Assembly: GCA_937901925.1 (NCBI GenBank)
Contig: CALGTS010000058.1
Coordinates: forward strand, 4,605 to 68,604
Reading direction: 5' to 3'
Source: an uncultured Bacteroidales bacterium
Lineage (GTDB): Bacteria > Bacteroidota > Bacteroidia > Bacteroidales > WCHB1-69
Length of the DNA stretch: 64,000 bases
Shown: positions 1 through 9,188 of the stretch, one piece after another
How the letters are laid out: every line of letters starts with the position of its first letter
How positions within the stretch are numbered: position 1 is the first letter of the stretch
Notes under the pieces: generated by a model
Seen by the model: the letters and a program-made list of their open reading frames with translations, nothing else
Databases searched by the model: none
What the model was told of the DNA's origin: nothing
Position numbers and translations under genes: made by a program

Positions 1-771
1 CCAATTGCTTGGATTGTTGTTATACCCCATCACTGCTTTCCACAATGCTTGGGTAATCTCAGTCTCACCCACATAATAATCAGAGAGAGTTACATAATGA
101 GAGGGGATTTCGTCACTGTCGCAAGATCCGCTACCATAGGTACAACCCAAATAGAGACCTCCGCCTTTTACAAACACCATCTTAAAAGTTACTCCATTGA
201 CGGTAAAATGCTTGTCGGTGCCTGGCACAGGAGAGCGGATGGGGGAAGTTGTTGTGTTTGGGGTACCAAGAAGTTGGCTAATTGCTTTTTCCACAGTGGG
301 ACGTACTTGAGACACCCCTCTATAGTTTGGTTCGTCTGCTTGACCTGACTCAAACGAAGTTTTTGTGGACACATCCACTATACGGGAAGCCACATACATA
401 TAACCATTTTCGATAACGATACTCACCACACATACTTTTTGAGCTCCAAAGTCTTCTCCTAAAACTGCAATCTGATTATCTGCTACATTTCCCGACAATT
501 GGATGGCTATTTCTTTATCTATCGCTTTCAAAAATTCAGTTGAGCGTTCTATCAACCGATAGTTTCCTTTGCCAGTCAAGTGTGTAATAGCTGTACTTTG
601 TGCTATCACCTTGATAGACGTCTCTATAGGTTTTCCATCCTGTAATCCCATAACATATACTGCCAAATTATAATGTTCATTACCATTTTGCGCCTGCAAC
701 AAACTAACACTCAAAAGTAATATTAGACATAGAGATGATAATGTCGCAAATCTATTCATTTTATTTTTCAT
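1..771 (-). CDS. Secreted protein with formylglycine-generating-enzyme (SUMF1/FGE-sulfatase) type domain; 3' end runs off the window
   Basis: Absent from the ORF track because it has no in-window stop. My translation of the minus strand from ATG 771 (alt. 759) stays open to base 1. It starts MKNKMNRFATLSSLCLILLLSVSLLQAQ (signal peptide). It ends FTVNGVTFKMVFVKGGGLYLGCTYGSGSCDSDEIPSHYVTLSDYYVGETEITQALWKAVMGYNNNPSNW, which fits the FGE-sulfatase pattern (E.P.H.V.L..YY.G..E.TQ..W..VMG.NPS). Confidence 0.6.
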   Translation of the reverse strand, partial: MKNKMNRFATLSSLCLILLLSVSLLQAQNGNEHYNLAVYVMGLQDGKPIETSIKVIAQSTAITHLTGKGNYRLIERSTEFLKAIDKEIAIQLSGNVADNQIAVLGEDFGAQKVCVVSIVIENGYMYVASRIVDVSTKTSFESGQADEPNYRGVSQVRPTVEKAISQLLGTPNTTTSPIRSPVPGTDKHFTVNGVTFKMVFVKGGGLYLGCTYGSGSCDSDEIPSHYVTLSDYYVGETEITQALWKAVMGYNNNPSNW

Positions 772-825
772 TTAGTCGAATTATTTATCCAAGGAACTGT
801 AATTTATCAGATTCTAAGAGTTATA

Positions 826-1410
826 CTATTGTCCTTCAAACTTCTTCATTTCTTCATCAAATATTTTAGTGAACATATATTCATCAAAATCCAACTTAAG
901 TTCAGCATTATTAGAAACTGAAGAACTCATTTTCTTGATTACCTGATCTTTCTCAGTTTCTAAGACTATCCAGTAGGTATATTGTCCATCACTACCCTTG
1001 AAACATTTTTCTCCTATCACATCAATATTTTGGGTAACCTGATTCACCACAATTCTAGCCATTTCTTCAAATTTTTTTTCAAAATTTACAGCATCTGCCA
1101 CATTGCGTTGGTTGGTATACTGGTTAGTAACTGCCTTCACGGTATTTTGGATTCGGGTTCCGATTTCGGTAATAGCATTGGCCATGGCTATCTTCTTGGC
1201 TGTAGCCATATCGGGACTCTTTCCTTGGTTTACTGCTCTGAAATAATTGCTATCCGACTTGTACTCTTTACCTGAAAACGGCAAAATAATTTCTGTTGAT
1301 TCTTCCACCTGACCATACAGTTTTCCAGCGTTTTGTTGTGAAGTTTTGCAGGAGGTACACAATAGGCATGCCATAAATACGAGGGCAGCAATAGATAAAG
1401 TTTTTTTCAT
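826..1410 (-). CDS. Hypothetical lipoprotein
   Basis: 194-aa ORF with a lipoprotein signal (MKKTLSIAALVFMACLLCTSCKT). I cannot name a family. Confidence 0.55.
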   Translation of the reverse strand: MKKTLSIAALVFMACLLCTSCKTSQQNAGKLYGQVEESTEIILPFSGKEYKSDSNYFRAVNQGKSPDMATAKKIAMANAITEIGTRIQNTVKAVTNQYTNQRNVADAVNFEKKFEEMARIVVNQVTQNIDVIGEKCFKGSDGQYTYWIVLETEKDQVIKKMSSSVSNNAELKLDFDEYMFTKIFDEEMKKFEGQ

Positions 1411-2052
1411 TTTGATATGTGTTTTTCTTTTTTTCTGCGGATTCCCTACGCAAAATTATTCAGTTAATTTCAAAAAAAACACAATAAAAAAGCGCAGGAA
1501 TCTAAACTCATCGCTCATCCCGCTTATTCAGGCTCTCGCATTGCCTTCCATCCGAGGATAAGCAATGCCGAAGCCCACGCTGTTGTATATCAAAATGGAT
1601 ATTTGGGACTATCCGATTGGTAGAGACACGTATAATAAGCCTCTAAAGGCGTGGACACAAAAAGTATTCCGCACCATAAATATACAAACCAATGGACATT
1701 GAACATTGCCTTACCGTGCGGATGGTTATTGAACTTGCGAGATTCGAATAAGCCGCAGATAAGACGTTGACTCAACGCCTAATATTATGTTTTGTTACCC
1801 GCCTTCCACCCATTCGGACTTCGGAACGAACAACGCTGCAAAAATAATGAAATATTTTTAACTTGAGTAATGGTGATTAAAAAAAATTCACAGGGAGGAA
1901 ACCCACAATACACTCTCCCAAAAAACAAAATAGGATTACATAGTTGTAGAAGTGCGAGATTTTGAAAGAGAGCTTACTCAATAAGCAGGATTTGATGGAG
2001 TAAAATTCTTCAACACAAGTAGCTTTTCAAGTCCCTAACCGACGCAGTGGTT

Positions 2053-2299
2053 GCGTGAGGGATTGCAGCGGTTATGAGCGCCGGATTTGGTGTTAGAATT
2101 TAGTGCTTAGAGTTTGGAACTTGAAATTAGGAAGAATTGAGGCGCGAGAAGGAGGCGCGAAATTTGAGCGGAAAGCCCGACGGCGAGCGCGCGGCAGAAA
2201 GGATAGCTCGAAAAATTAACGCGCTTATCACGGAATTAGCGAACGCAAGCAAACAACGTGAATGGTGAGTGTGCGCAGGAAAAGCCGGCACGCCCAAAT
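2053..2299 (+). repeat. Dispersed intergenic repeat, copy A (long form)
   Basis: Shares three blocks with copies at 5750-5932, 51985-52234 and 55772-55948. Blocks: GCGTnAGGGATTGCAGCGGTTATGAGCGCCGG, GGCGCGAAATTTGAGCGGAAAGCCCGACGGCGAGyGCGC, and GCCGnnACGCCCAAAT. Confidence 0.8.
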
Positions 2300-2350
2300 A
2301 ATCCTAAAAAGCATGAAGTTTCTCCCCCAAAGAAAGATTTAAAGGGCAGA

Positions 2351-3304
2351 CTAACGCCACGGTTCCGAAAAAATAAGCGTGTCTGTTGTTCCAGCATAAC
2401 CGCACCAAACGCCCAAAGCCTCTTCGCCACTGTCGCAGCGAATGTTCGACTGAATGGGAATAGGATTGGTAAACGGATTTTGCCCCATCATCATGTCGCT
2501 GTTGGCAGTGTTCCAAAAACGATATGCGTTGTAGTCGATCTGCGAGTAGTTGACTAAAACGGTATCGCCAACGTGATACGCAAGGCTGTTGTAAGCATTT
2601 ATGGTTTCTTCATCTTCAAAATTTGTGAACAACATTGATGGCGTAGCGCGTATCAAGTCGTACTCAAAGGTGGTTCCGCTGATGACAATATCATCAAAAA
2701 CAGCAGGTAGGGTGTTTACCCACATTCGGTCTTGAAATAAGCGATTGCGAACTTTTACCCGAAATTGGTAGTAGTTGGTTTGTGCGGGATTGTCGGTGAT
2801 AGCGAAACGAATATTTGCCGTTGAATCGTTGTAAAGTTCATTAATTTCAACAAAAAAGAGCGAATCCAAAGCAAAAGGTTCCAAAATGCGTGTTTCCGAA
2901 GTGTAAACCTTTCCATCTAACTCAATTTTTAAATGATATGTGGTGTTGGGTTGCCCTTTGAGTTGCGAACCTTTGTAAGCAAAAAAGAGCGGCGCATCTT
3001 CACTTTGTTGTAATGTCAACACTTCACTTTCCCCAAATTCAGAAGTTACGGTAACCACCGCATCGTCAATAAAAACGTCGTTCATCAAGGTGCTGAAGTT
3101 GATGTCCGAAAAGTAAGGCACACTGCGATGTATAGAAACTATCGGTTCTTTGCCAATTTCAATATATCCTTCAACTACAATTTTGTTGTAATAATCGGGC
3201 GGTGTTACCTCAATTTCTGTCTGACAACTATTAGTAACCAGCAGAGATAAAGAGATCAGCACTGAATATATTAAAGGTATGACAAATTTTCTCTTTTTAT
3301 TCAT
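2351..3304 (-). CDS. DUF4249-like lipoprotein (usual partner of CarboxypepD_reg TonB-dependent receptors)
   Basis: ORF 2351..3328; likely start is MNKKRKF at 3304, directly after the receptor stop codon (3307-3309). Lipoprotein signal ...LLVTNSCQ followed by KIVVEGYI. Position immediately downstream of the receptor is typical of the family. Confidence 0.6.
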   Translation of the reverse strand: MNKKRKFVIPLIYSVLISLSLLVTNSCQTEIEVTPPDYYNKIVVEGYIEIGKEPIVSIHRSVPYFSDINFSTLMNDVFIDDAVVTVTSEFGESEVLTLQQSEDAPLFFAYKGSQLKGQPNTTYHLKIELDGKVYTSETRILEPFALDSLFFVEINELYNDSTANIRFAITDNPAQTNYYQFRVKVRNRLFQDRMWVNTLPAVFDDIVISGTTFEYDLIRATPSMLFTNFEDEETINAYNSLAYHVGDTVLVNYSQIDYNAYRFWNTANSDMMMGQNPFTNPIPIQSNIRCDSGEEALGVWCGYAGTTDTLIFSEPWR

Positions 3305-3306
3305 AA

Positions 3307-5706
3307 CTATTTGATTTTGAAGTTCCAAGTTATTGTAGGTATAATAGGGAAAAGGCTGATTTGGTAGGCTGTAGTATTAAATTCGATGTGAGGAGGAATA
3401 ATATTGGTATCGAATTCTGTTTGAGTTTCGTAAAAGATATAGAATGGATTTTTGCGGTTGTAAACGTTGTAAATGGAGAGGCTGAGGCTGGTGTCGAAGT
3501 GCTTGCGTTTGGCAATGTTCCACGTTAGGGAAAGATCTAAGCGATGATACGGTGGCAAACGATATGCGTTGCGGTCGCTGTATTCTGTAATTAACGAGCC
3601 ATTAAAAAAGTAGAAACCGACAGGAATAGTCATTGTATTTCCAGTTGCATAAATCCATACGGCGCTGGCAGTCAGTTTGCTCGGTAAAATTTCGTAACTA
3701 AGGGTTATTGTCAGGTCGTGCCGACGGTCATACTTAGCATTGAACCATTCGCCGTTGTTTAGCGCATCGAATTGACGTTTAGAGTACGCCAATGTATAGC
3801 CGATAAATCCTGTAAATCGTCCGCGCGTTTTCTTTACAAAAAATTCAATTCCCCACGAGTAGCCTTTGCCAAAGGTGTATAGTTGATCCGCATTTATATT
3901 GACCGATGCCAAATCCAAACCTTCCTTATATTCCGCCAAATTTTTCATATTTTTGTAGTAGGCATCGATGTAGGTTTCAAACATATTATCGTAAAAGTTG
4001 CGATATACGCCCAACGAAACTTGATGTCCAATCTGAGGTTTGATAATGGAGGTAGAGGGCATCCAGATGTCGGTAGGCAGCGAGATATTTGCCATTGCAA
4101 TCTGATGAACATATTGGTGGTTCATCGTATAAGAGATTTTAATAGAGGTGTTTTTGTCTAACAGAAAGCGTGCCGAGAAGCGAGGTTCGACGTTGTTGTA
4201 CTGACTGATAATCTCTCCCGGCTTATAGGTTGTAGAATCACAGATATAGCCAAAATTGTCTAAATGGTAACGGGTAAATCTACCCACGTGCGAGAAGTGC
4301 GTGTACCGAAGGCCGATGTTTATCTTTAGCCATTTGGCAATATCGTATTCGTCGTTGGCATAAATTGCTAACTCGTTGGCATAAAATGGTTTCTGTTCAT
4401 TCAACGAAAACTCCTCATCTACGGCGCCTGTTTCCACCTCAAAACGCGAAGGAAAGAAAGCGTGGAAGGTGTAGTGTGCCCCAAAGTTCAAGGTGTGCTT
4501 TGGATTGGGAAGGAAGGTGAGTTGGCTCTTGAGGGAGTAGTCGCGAATGCCCGAAACAATGGCGGCAGAGTAAGCGTCAATGCCCATTTTTGTATCTAAA
4601 TTGTAGTTACTGAACGAAGCTGTGGTGTTCAAAAAGAGACGCGGTGCCAAAATCCATTGCCAACGCAAAGAAGCCGCCGCATTTCCCCACTGAAATTGCG
4701 TGTTCAGCGCGCCAGAGTTGGACTTAAAACCATAAACATCGTTGCCGTAATATCCGCTCGCTGTAAGGCGATGTTTATCGTTGATATTCCAGCTAATTTT
4801 TGCATTCAAATCGTAAAAGTAGAACTTACTCCCTTTCATCGGAGAATCTTTCTTCAAAAAGGGCTGAATCAGAAAGTCGGCATAGGTTCTTCTTGCAGAA
4901 ACAATTACAGCACATTTATCACGTTTCAAGGGACCTTGTACGGTAAAGCCCGAAAATACGAGTCCAATTCCTGCATCTAACTGCCACCGTTTCATATTAC
5001 CATCGTTCTGCGTTACATCAATAATCGATGCTAAACGCCCGCCATACTGCGCAGGCATCCCTGATTTAAAAATTTCTACATTTTTCACAGCATCAGCATT
5101 GAAAACGGAGAAGAAACCGAAAAGGTGACCTGCGTTATAAACTGTAGCGCCATCTAACAAGATGAGATTCTGGTCGCTATTACCACCACGCACAAAGAAG
5201 CCACTATTGCCTTCGCTACCCGACTGAATACCGGGCAGCAATTGTATCGACTTCAGCACATCAACCTCTCCCATAAAAGCAGGTAGCGACTTTATCGCTT
5301 CTATCTTCATATCCACTTTTCCCACATCAACAGCAGTCACATTTTTATCCTCTTTTTGCGCACTTATGGTTATCCCTTCCGCTTTAAAAACTTTCGGATT
5401 GAGGTCGAAATTTCGCGTTCGGTTGCTCTTCATTACTATTGTTTCTGCAATCTCCTCATATCCTAACGATTCTACTGTAAGTTTATAACTTCCTTGTTCA
5501 ATGGTAATTGAGTAAAATCCTGCGCTATTGGTTATGCTTCCTTGCGGAGTTCCACCACGCAATGTATCCCGCAGCATAACATACACGCCTGCCAAAGTTT
5601 CGCCGTTATTATTATCGCGCACGACACCCGAAAGGGTAACTTTCTGTCCCAACAACGAAAGCGGAATATTTAAGATAAGGATTAGAAAATATATAATTTT
5701 ACGCAT
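3307..5706 (-). CDS. TonB-dependent outer-membrane receptor with N-terminal carboxypeptidase-regulatory-like domain
   Basis: 799 aa with signal peptide. N-terminal GVVRDNNNGETLAGVYVML (CarboxypepD_reg-like), then a plug region (IQLLPGIQSGSEGNSGFFVRGG). Long beta-barrel ending in an aromatic C-terminus (WNFKIK). Confidence 0.85.
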   Translation of the reverse strand: MRKIIYFLILILNIPLSLLGQKVTLSGVVRDNNNGETLAGVYVMLRDTLRGGTPQGSITNSAGFYSITIEQGSYKLTVESLGYEEIAETIVMKSNRTRNFDLNPKVFKAEGITISAQKEDKNVTAVDVGKVDMKIEAIKSLPAFMGEVDVLKSIQLLPGIQSGSEGNSGFFVRGGNSDQNLILLDGATVYNAGHLFGFFSVFNADAVKNVEIFKSGMPAQYGGRLASIIDVTQNDGNMKRWQLDAGIGLVFSGFTVQGPLKRDKCAVIVSARRTYADFLIQPFLKKDSPMKGSKFYFYDLNAKISWNINDKHRLTASGYYGNDVYGFKSNSGALNTQFQWGNAAASLRWQWILAPRLFLNTTASFSNYNLDTKMGIDAYSAAIVSGIRDYSLKSQLTFLPNPKHTLNFGAHYTFHAFFPSRFEVETGAVDEEFSLNEQKPFYANELAIYANDEYDIAKWLKINIGLRYTHFSHVGRFTRYHLDNFGYICDSTTYKPGEIISQYNNVEPRFSARFLLDKNTSIKISYTMNHQYVHQIAMANISLPTDIWMPSTSIIKPQIGHQVSLGVYRNFYDNMFETYIDAYYKNMKNLAEYKEGLDLASVNINADQLYTFGKGYSWGIEFFVKKTRGRFTGFIGYTLAYSKRQFDALNNGEWFNAKYDRRHDLTITLSYEILPSKLTASAVWIYATGNTMTIPVGFYFFNGSLITEYSDRNAYRLPPYHRLDLSLTWNIAKRKHFDTSLSLSIYNVYNRKNPFYIFYETQTEFDTNIIPPHIEFNTTAYQISLFPIIPTITWNFKIK

Positions 5707-5749
5707 TGATTTATTGATATTTATGTTTTAAATCACGTTTCTTTTTTTT

Positions 5750-5932
5750 ATTTGGGCGTATCGGCTCTTTTCCGTCGCACAAAGCCTGCGCACTCGCCGT
5801 CGGGCTTTCCGCTCAAATTTCGCGCCTCTTTCTCTCGCTTCATTTTTTACAAAATTTAGACTTCAAGTTCCAAGTTCTTCATTCTAACTAAGTTCTTAAA
5901 CCGGCGCTCATAACCGCTGCAATCCCTTACGC
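5750..5932 (-). repeat. Dispersed intergenic repeat, copy B (short form, inverted relative to copy A)
   Basis: Reverse complement carries the same three blocks as copy A. Its CGCCCAAAT end faces the TonB receptor start. Confidence 0.8.
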
Positions 5933-5984
5933 ACCTCATCGCTTTTAGAACATCTCTTCGCACAAGTTGTCCCCTCTTCACACT

Positions 5985-7322
5985 CTAAACCTGCTTTTGT
6001 AACCACTTTGCAAACCGCATATAACACAACGAAACTACGCCTAATCCAGTATTATAAATAAACTCAGCACACCATACTTGTTGTAACGAAAATTGAAATA
6101 CAATTGTTGCGAGCAATGTGTAAACTAAATAGATTACCAAAACAATCAACTCCAAGTAGAGTGCGGCAAAGGTGTTTCCGGCACCCGATAGCGCTTCAAA
6201 ATAGACGGAAGAAATGGCTGAAATTATTGTAGTACAACAAATTATATAAATAACAGGTACAGTAGCTTGCGCCAACGAAATTTGGTCTGTGTAGATCGAC
6301 GCCACCGTTGTAGGGAAGAGTACACAAAGCAACGCCAACGGGATAGAGAATAAAATCGAAATTTTGGTAACTCTACGTAACATTGCAGGAATTTCCGCTT
6401 CCTGTCCACTTCCTAACATTCTTCCTGTTAATGTATTAGCAGTTGCCCCAAAGGCAAAACTTGGAATCAGAATCAACATATACACACTACGCACAATACC
6501 CGATACAGCCGACGATTGGTCGCCCAAACGTGAAATCATTGCCAAAAAGATAAACCACATACCAAATGAAATCAGGCGTTGAATCATCGTAGGAAAGGAG
6601 AGTTTTAGCGTCGATTTCATCAGTTTTACATCAAACTTAGGCAAGGAAAACATATTGTATTTCCGAATGGGTAGTCGCCATAAAGTATAGAAAATAAAGA
6701 AGATAAATGCCGAAATTTCTGCCATTACCGAAGCTGTTGCAGCACCCTCAATTTTCATCTCTGGCAGCCCAAATTTTCCAAAAATCAGTGCGTAGTCAAA
6801 AAAGATATTCACCGATGCCATCAGAAGTGTAGTAAAGGTAATCACTTTGGTATTGGAAAGCCCAATATAGAAAGAACGAAATAGATAATTAAAGCACACA
6901 AATATAATTCCGTAGTGTCTGTTATCCATATATTTCAAGGCCTCTTCGTAAAGTTCTGGCGATGGAATAAAAAGCTTTAGAATGGGCTCTGTAGCAAAGT
7001 GTAACAATAGAAACAGCAGCGCTCCTAATATCGCTACAAAATAGGTACCATGGTCAAAAACTTTGCCAATTTGCGGAAAATTCTGCTCACCAAAACGCCG
7101 CGCAATAATAATCTGAATTCCCACCGCAAATCCCCACGCCAAGGTTGAGAAAACGTAGTAATAAATTCCTGCCAACATCGAAGCGCCCAACTCCGTTGCG
7201 CCTACGTGCCCCATAAAGATGGTGTCAGTAAAAGTTATCAACGTTTGCGCCAAATTTCCAAAAATTATAGGGTATGCAATGTTGATGATCTCCCTGTTAG
7301 TGATGCTTTTCGTTGAATTCAT
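5985..7322 (-). CDS. MATE family efflux transporter
   Basis: Polytopic membrane protein. N-terminus ...REIINIAYPIIFGNLAQTLITFTDTIFMGHVG is typical of MATE/NorM. The ORF-track start (TTG 7373) is trimmed to the second in-frame ATG (MNSTKS). Confidence 0.85.
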   Translation of the reverse strand: MNSTKSITNREIINIAYPIIFGNLAQTLITFTDTIFMGHVGATELGASMLAGIYYYVFSTLAWGFAVGIQIIIARRFGEQNFPQIGKVFDHGTYFVAILGALLFLLLHFATEPILKLFIPSPELYEEALKYMDNRHYGIIFVCFNYLFRSFYIGLSNTKVITFTTLLMASVNIFFDYALIFGKFGLPEMKIEGAATASVMAEISAFIFFIFYTLWRLPIRKYNMFSLPKFDVKLMKSTLKLSFPTMIQRLISFGMWFIFLAMISRLGDQSSAVSGIVRSVYMLILIPSFAFGATANTLTGRMLGSGQEAEIPAMLRRVTKISILFSIPLALLCVLFPTTVASIYTDQISLAQATVPVIYIICCTTIISAISSVYFEALSGAGNTFAALYLELIVLVIYLVYTLLATIVFQFSLQQVWCAEFIYNTGLGVVSLCYMRFAKWLQKQV

Positions 7323-7620
7323 ATAGGATTTTTTTAAACTTGCAAAATTCGTATTTTTATCCCTATTTTTCAACTAAAAAATATTAACCTTGACTATAAG
7401 ACCGTCAGTGTTCTACTCGGGCACTCTAATATCAGCACAACCCTCAACCTCTATGTCCACCCAAATATGGAACAGAAGAAGCGATGTATCGAGCAGATGC
7501 TTAAAGCAATTCAGTAATTTTATTCCGCAAGTTTTTATCACAATTCAGTTTCCTTTGCAAAAGAAATTTAAGAACATTTAATTTTCCTATGAAAAGAGGT
7601 TTACCATACAACCATTTGCT

Positions 7621-7914
7621 TTATAGAAAGTCCAGAAATCCCACTATAGCGTTAATAAGTAGTTCATAATGTGCAAAAAGCAGGTAAACTATCACTATCG
7701 CTCCACCACTTCCCATCAATATCCAACGCACTACATCCAAGCGCATTACGAATCGTTCCAACATAGTATAACGCCTCAAACAAGATTCTAGCTTATTATT
7801 GGGCAAGGACAAAAGGTCGATTTGACGAATCACATCTTTCATAAACACCTCATTATCAGAAAATATAGGTGCATTTTCTTGTAAACGCTGTTTTATTTTA
7901 CTTTTTGTACTCAT
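7621..7914 (-). CDS. Small membrane protein, probable anti-sigma factor
   Basis: 97 aa with one C-terminal TM helix. Overlaps the 3' end of the ECF sigma gene, the standard sigma/anti-sigma arrangement. Confidence 0.4.
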   Translation of the reverse strand: MSTKSKIKQRLQENAPIFSDNEVFMKDVIRQIDLLSLPNNKLESCLRRYTMLERFVMRLDVVRWILMGSGGAIVIVYLLFAHYELLINAIVGFLDFL

Positions 7915-8401
7915 TAACTAAAATTGTTTTTAGCTGTTTTCTCGCCCTAAAGAGAGTTACAGCAATGGTTGTTTCTGATAATTGGGTGATTTGATGAATC
8001 TCCCGTATATTTTTCTCCTCTAAATAATACAATACTACAATGGCTTTTGCTTGCTTAGGTAGTTGGTCTATAGCTTGATATAGAGGCTCGTAGAGAAAAC
8101 TTCTATCCGCTTGATCATCAGCAATCATTGTCTTTGCCTTATCATTATCATCAATCGCATCCCGATTTCTTTTCCAATAGCAATTTTGCTCGTTAAGATA
8201 TTCGTTATACGCAATGCGAAAGATCCACGTTTGCAATTTTGCTCTACCATCAAAAGTACCACAATGCAAGTAGGCTTTAATAATGGCATTCTGTGCTAAA
8301 TCGTCTGTTAACTCTTTGTCGCCGTGTGTCAGTACGATCAGGAACCGGCGCACCGATTCCTGAAGAGTACCAATAACGGAAATAAATTGCGATTTATCCA
8401 T
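7898..8401 (-). CDS. ECF-type RNA polymerase sigma-70 factor
   Basis: 167 aa. Region-2-like TWIFRIAYNEYLN and region-4 HTH (EIHQITQLSETTIAVTLFRARKQL). Confidence 0.85.
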   Translation of the reverse strand: MDKSQFISVIGTLQESVRRFLIVLTHGDKELTDDLAQNAIIKAYLHCGTFDGRAKLQTWIFRIAYNEYLNEQNCYWKRNRDAIDDNDKAKTMIADDQADRSFLYEPLYQAIDQLPKQAKAIVVLYYLEEKNIREIHQITQLSETTIAVTLFRARKQLKTILVNEYKK

Positions 8402-8440
8402 ATAAAAGGCTACGATTAATCAGAGACGTGATAAACGCAA

Positions 8441-8887
8441 TTATTCTTTTTCAATAACCTCTTTTTCCTCCTTTTCTATCTCTTCTTGAAGAAACCTCTT
8501 GGATACAAAAAACATTATCAAAAATGCTATTCCAATGGTCAGCAACAATCCTCCGATCATAATTGGGTCGTTTTTCTGTTTACACAATCCATAAATTAGA
8601 AGAAACACGCCTACTAATGAAGATAATGCACCATATTGTAAATGTTTAAGCACTTTTCTCTTGGTGCTTTTCTTCTCGACATTAAATGCACTCAAAATTT
8701 CTGTTACTCGCTTAGAATCAACATTTTCTCCTTTTTCAATCGCCATTGCAATAAGTTCACTTTGCTTATCAATTTGATGACGACGAATTTTAAGTTTGGC
8801 AATAAAGCCCCATAAAATCATGGCAGGGATTCCTCCAAAAATAGCTACTATAGCTAAAATATCATCTAAATAAATTTCAGTCAACAT
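8441..8887 (-). CDS. Hypothetical membrane protein
   Basis: 148 aa, about 3 predicted TM helices. First gene of the sigma/anti-sigma cluster. Confidence 0.5.
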   Translation of the reverse strand: MLTEIYLDDILAIVAIFGGIPAMILWGFIAKLKIRRHQIDKQSELIAMAIEKGENVDSKRVTEILSAFNVEKKSTKRKVLKHLQYGALSSLVGVFLLIYGLCKQKNDPIMIGGLLLTIGIAFLIMFFVSKRFLQEEIEKEEKEVIEKE

Positions 8888-9143
8888 AATTCATTATTTT
8901 AATTAAACATTTATGTGAATTGTCAGAATTTAAGTCTAAAATCAGGCTTTTTATCCATTAAACAAATCAACAACACAAAATATTACATGTACTAAAAAAT
9001 ATTTGAAGAAAATTTTTTCTATCGTACATCAAAATGATAAGAGATTAGATGATTTTCACAAACCACTTTGTAGGCTGATTCAACATTGGATACACATATC
9101 ATGTGGAATAAAAATATTGAGGAGTAGATATTAAAAAAAAATG

Positions 9144-9151
9144 TACTTTTG
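9144..9151 (+). promoter_or_regulatory. Bacteroidetes-type -7 promoter box (TACTTTTG) for glyA
   Basis: Matches the TAnnTTTG consensus, 38 nt upstream of ATG 9189. Supports the shorter glyA start. Confidence 0.45.
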
Positions 9152-9188
9152 CCAACTGAAAATAAAGACACATAAAATACTTAGTATA

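Noticed and set aside
1500-1830. Possible RNase P RNA or FMN riboswitch on the minus strand (GAAGTCCGAATGGGTGGAAGGCGGGTAAC resembles the P4 region GAAAGTCCGG...GGTAAC and the RFN 3' end AGTCTGGATGGGAGAAG)
   Set aside because: The other universally conserved blocks are missing where they should be. For RNase P these are ACAGAA.CCGGCTTA near the 3' end, GGTAAGAGCGCAC and ACCGCC. For FMN it is the AGGGTGAAATTCCC core. I kept the region only as an unassigned structured region.
2236-2557. ORFs 2236..2430, 2258..2557 and 2304..2516
   Set aside because: They fall within repeat copy A and the 3' end of the DUF4249-like gene. The peptides are Arg/Pro-rich with no signal, and the region is better explained by the repeat and the real minus-strand gene.
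9141-9188. N-terminal extensions given by the ORF track for glyA (9141), panD (12424), blc (17616), ORF 17737, buk (24625), the GAF protein (28132), csm5 (38841), alaS (52200), MATE (7373) and others
   Set aside because: The track uses the most upstream ATG/GTG/TTG. Family-typical N-termini or signal peptides begin at internal Met codons. In several cases a TAnnTTTG -7 box lies inside the supposed extension.
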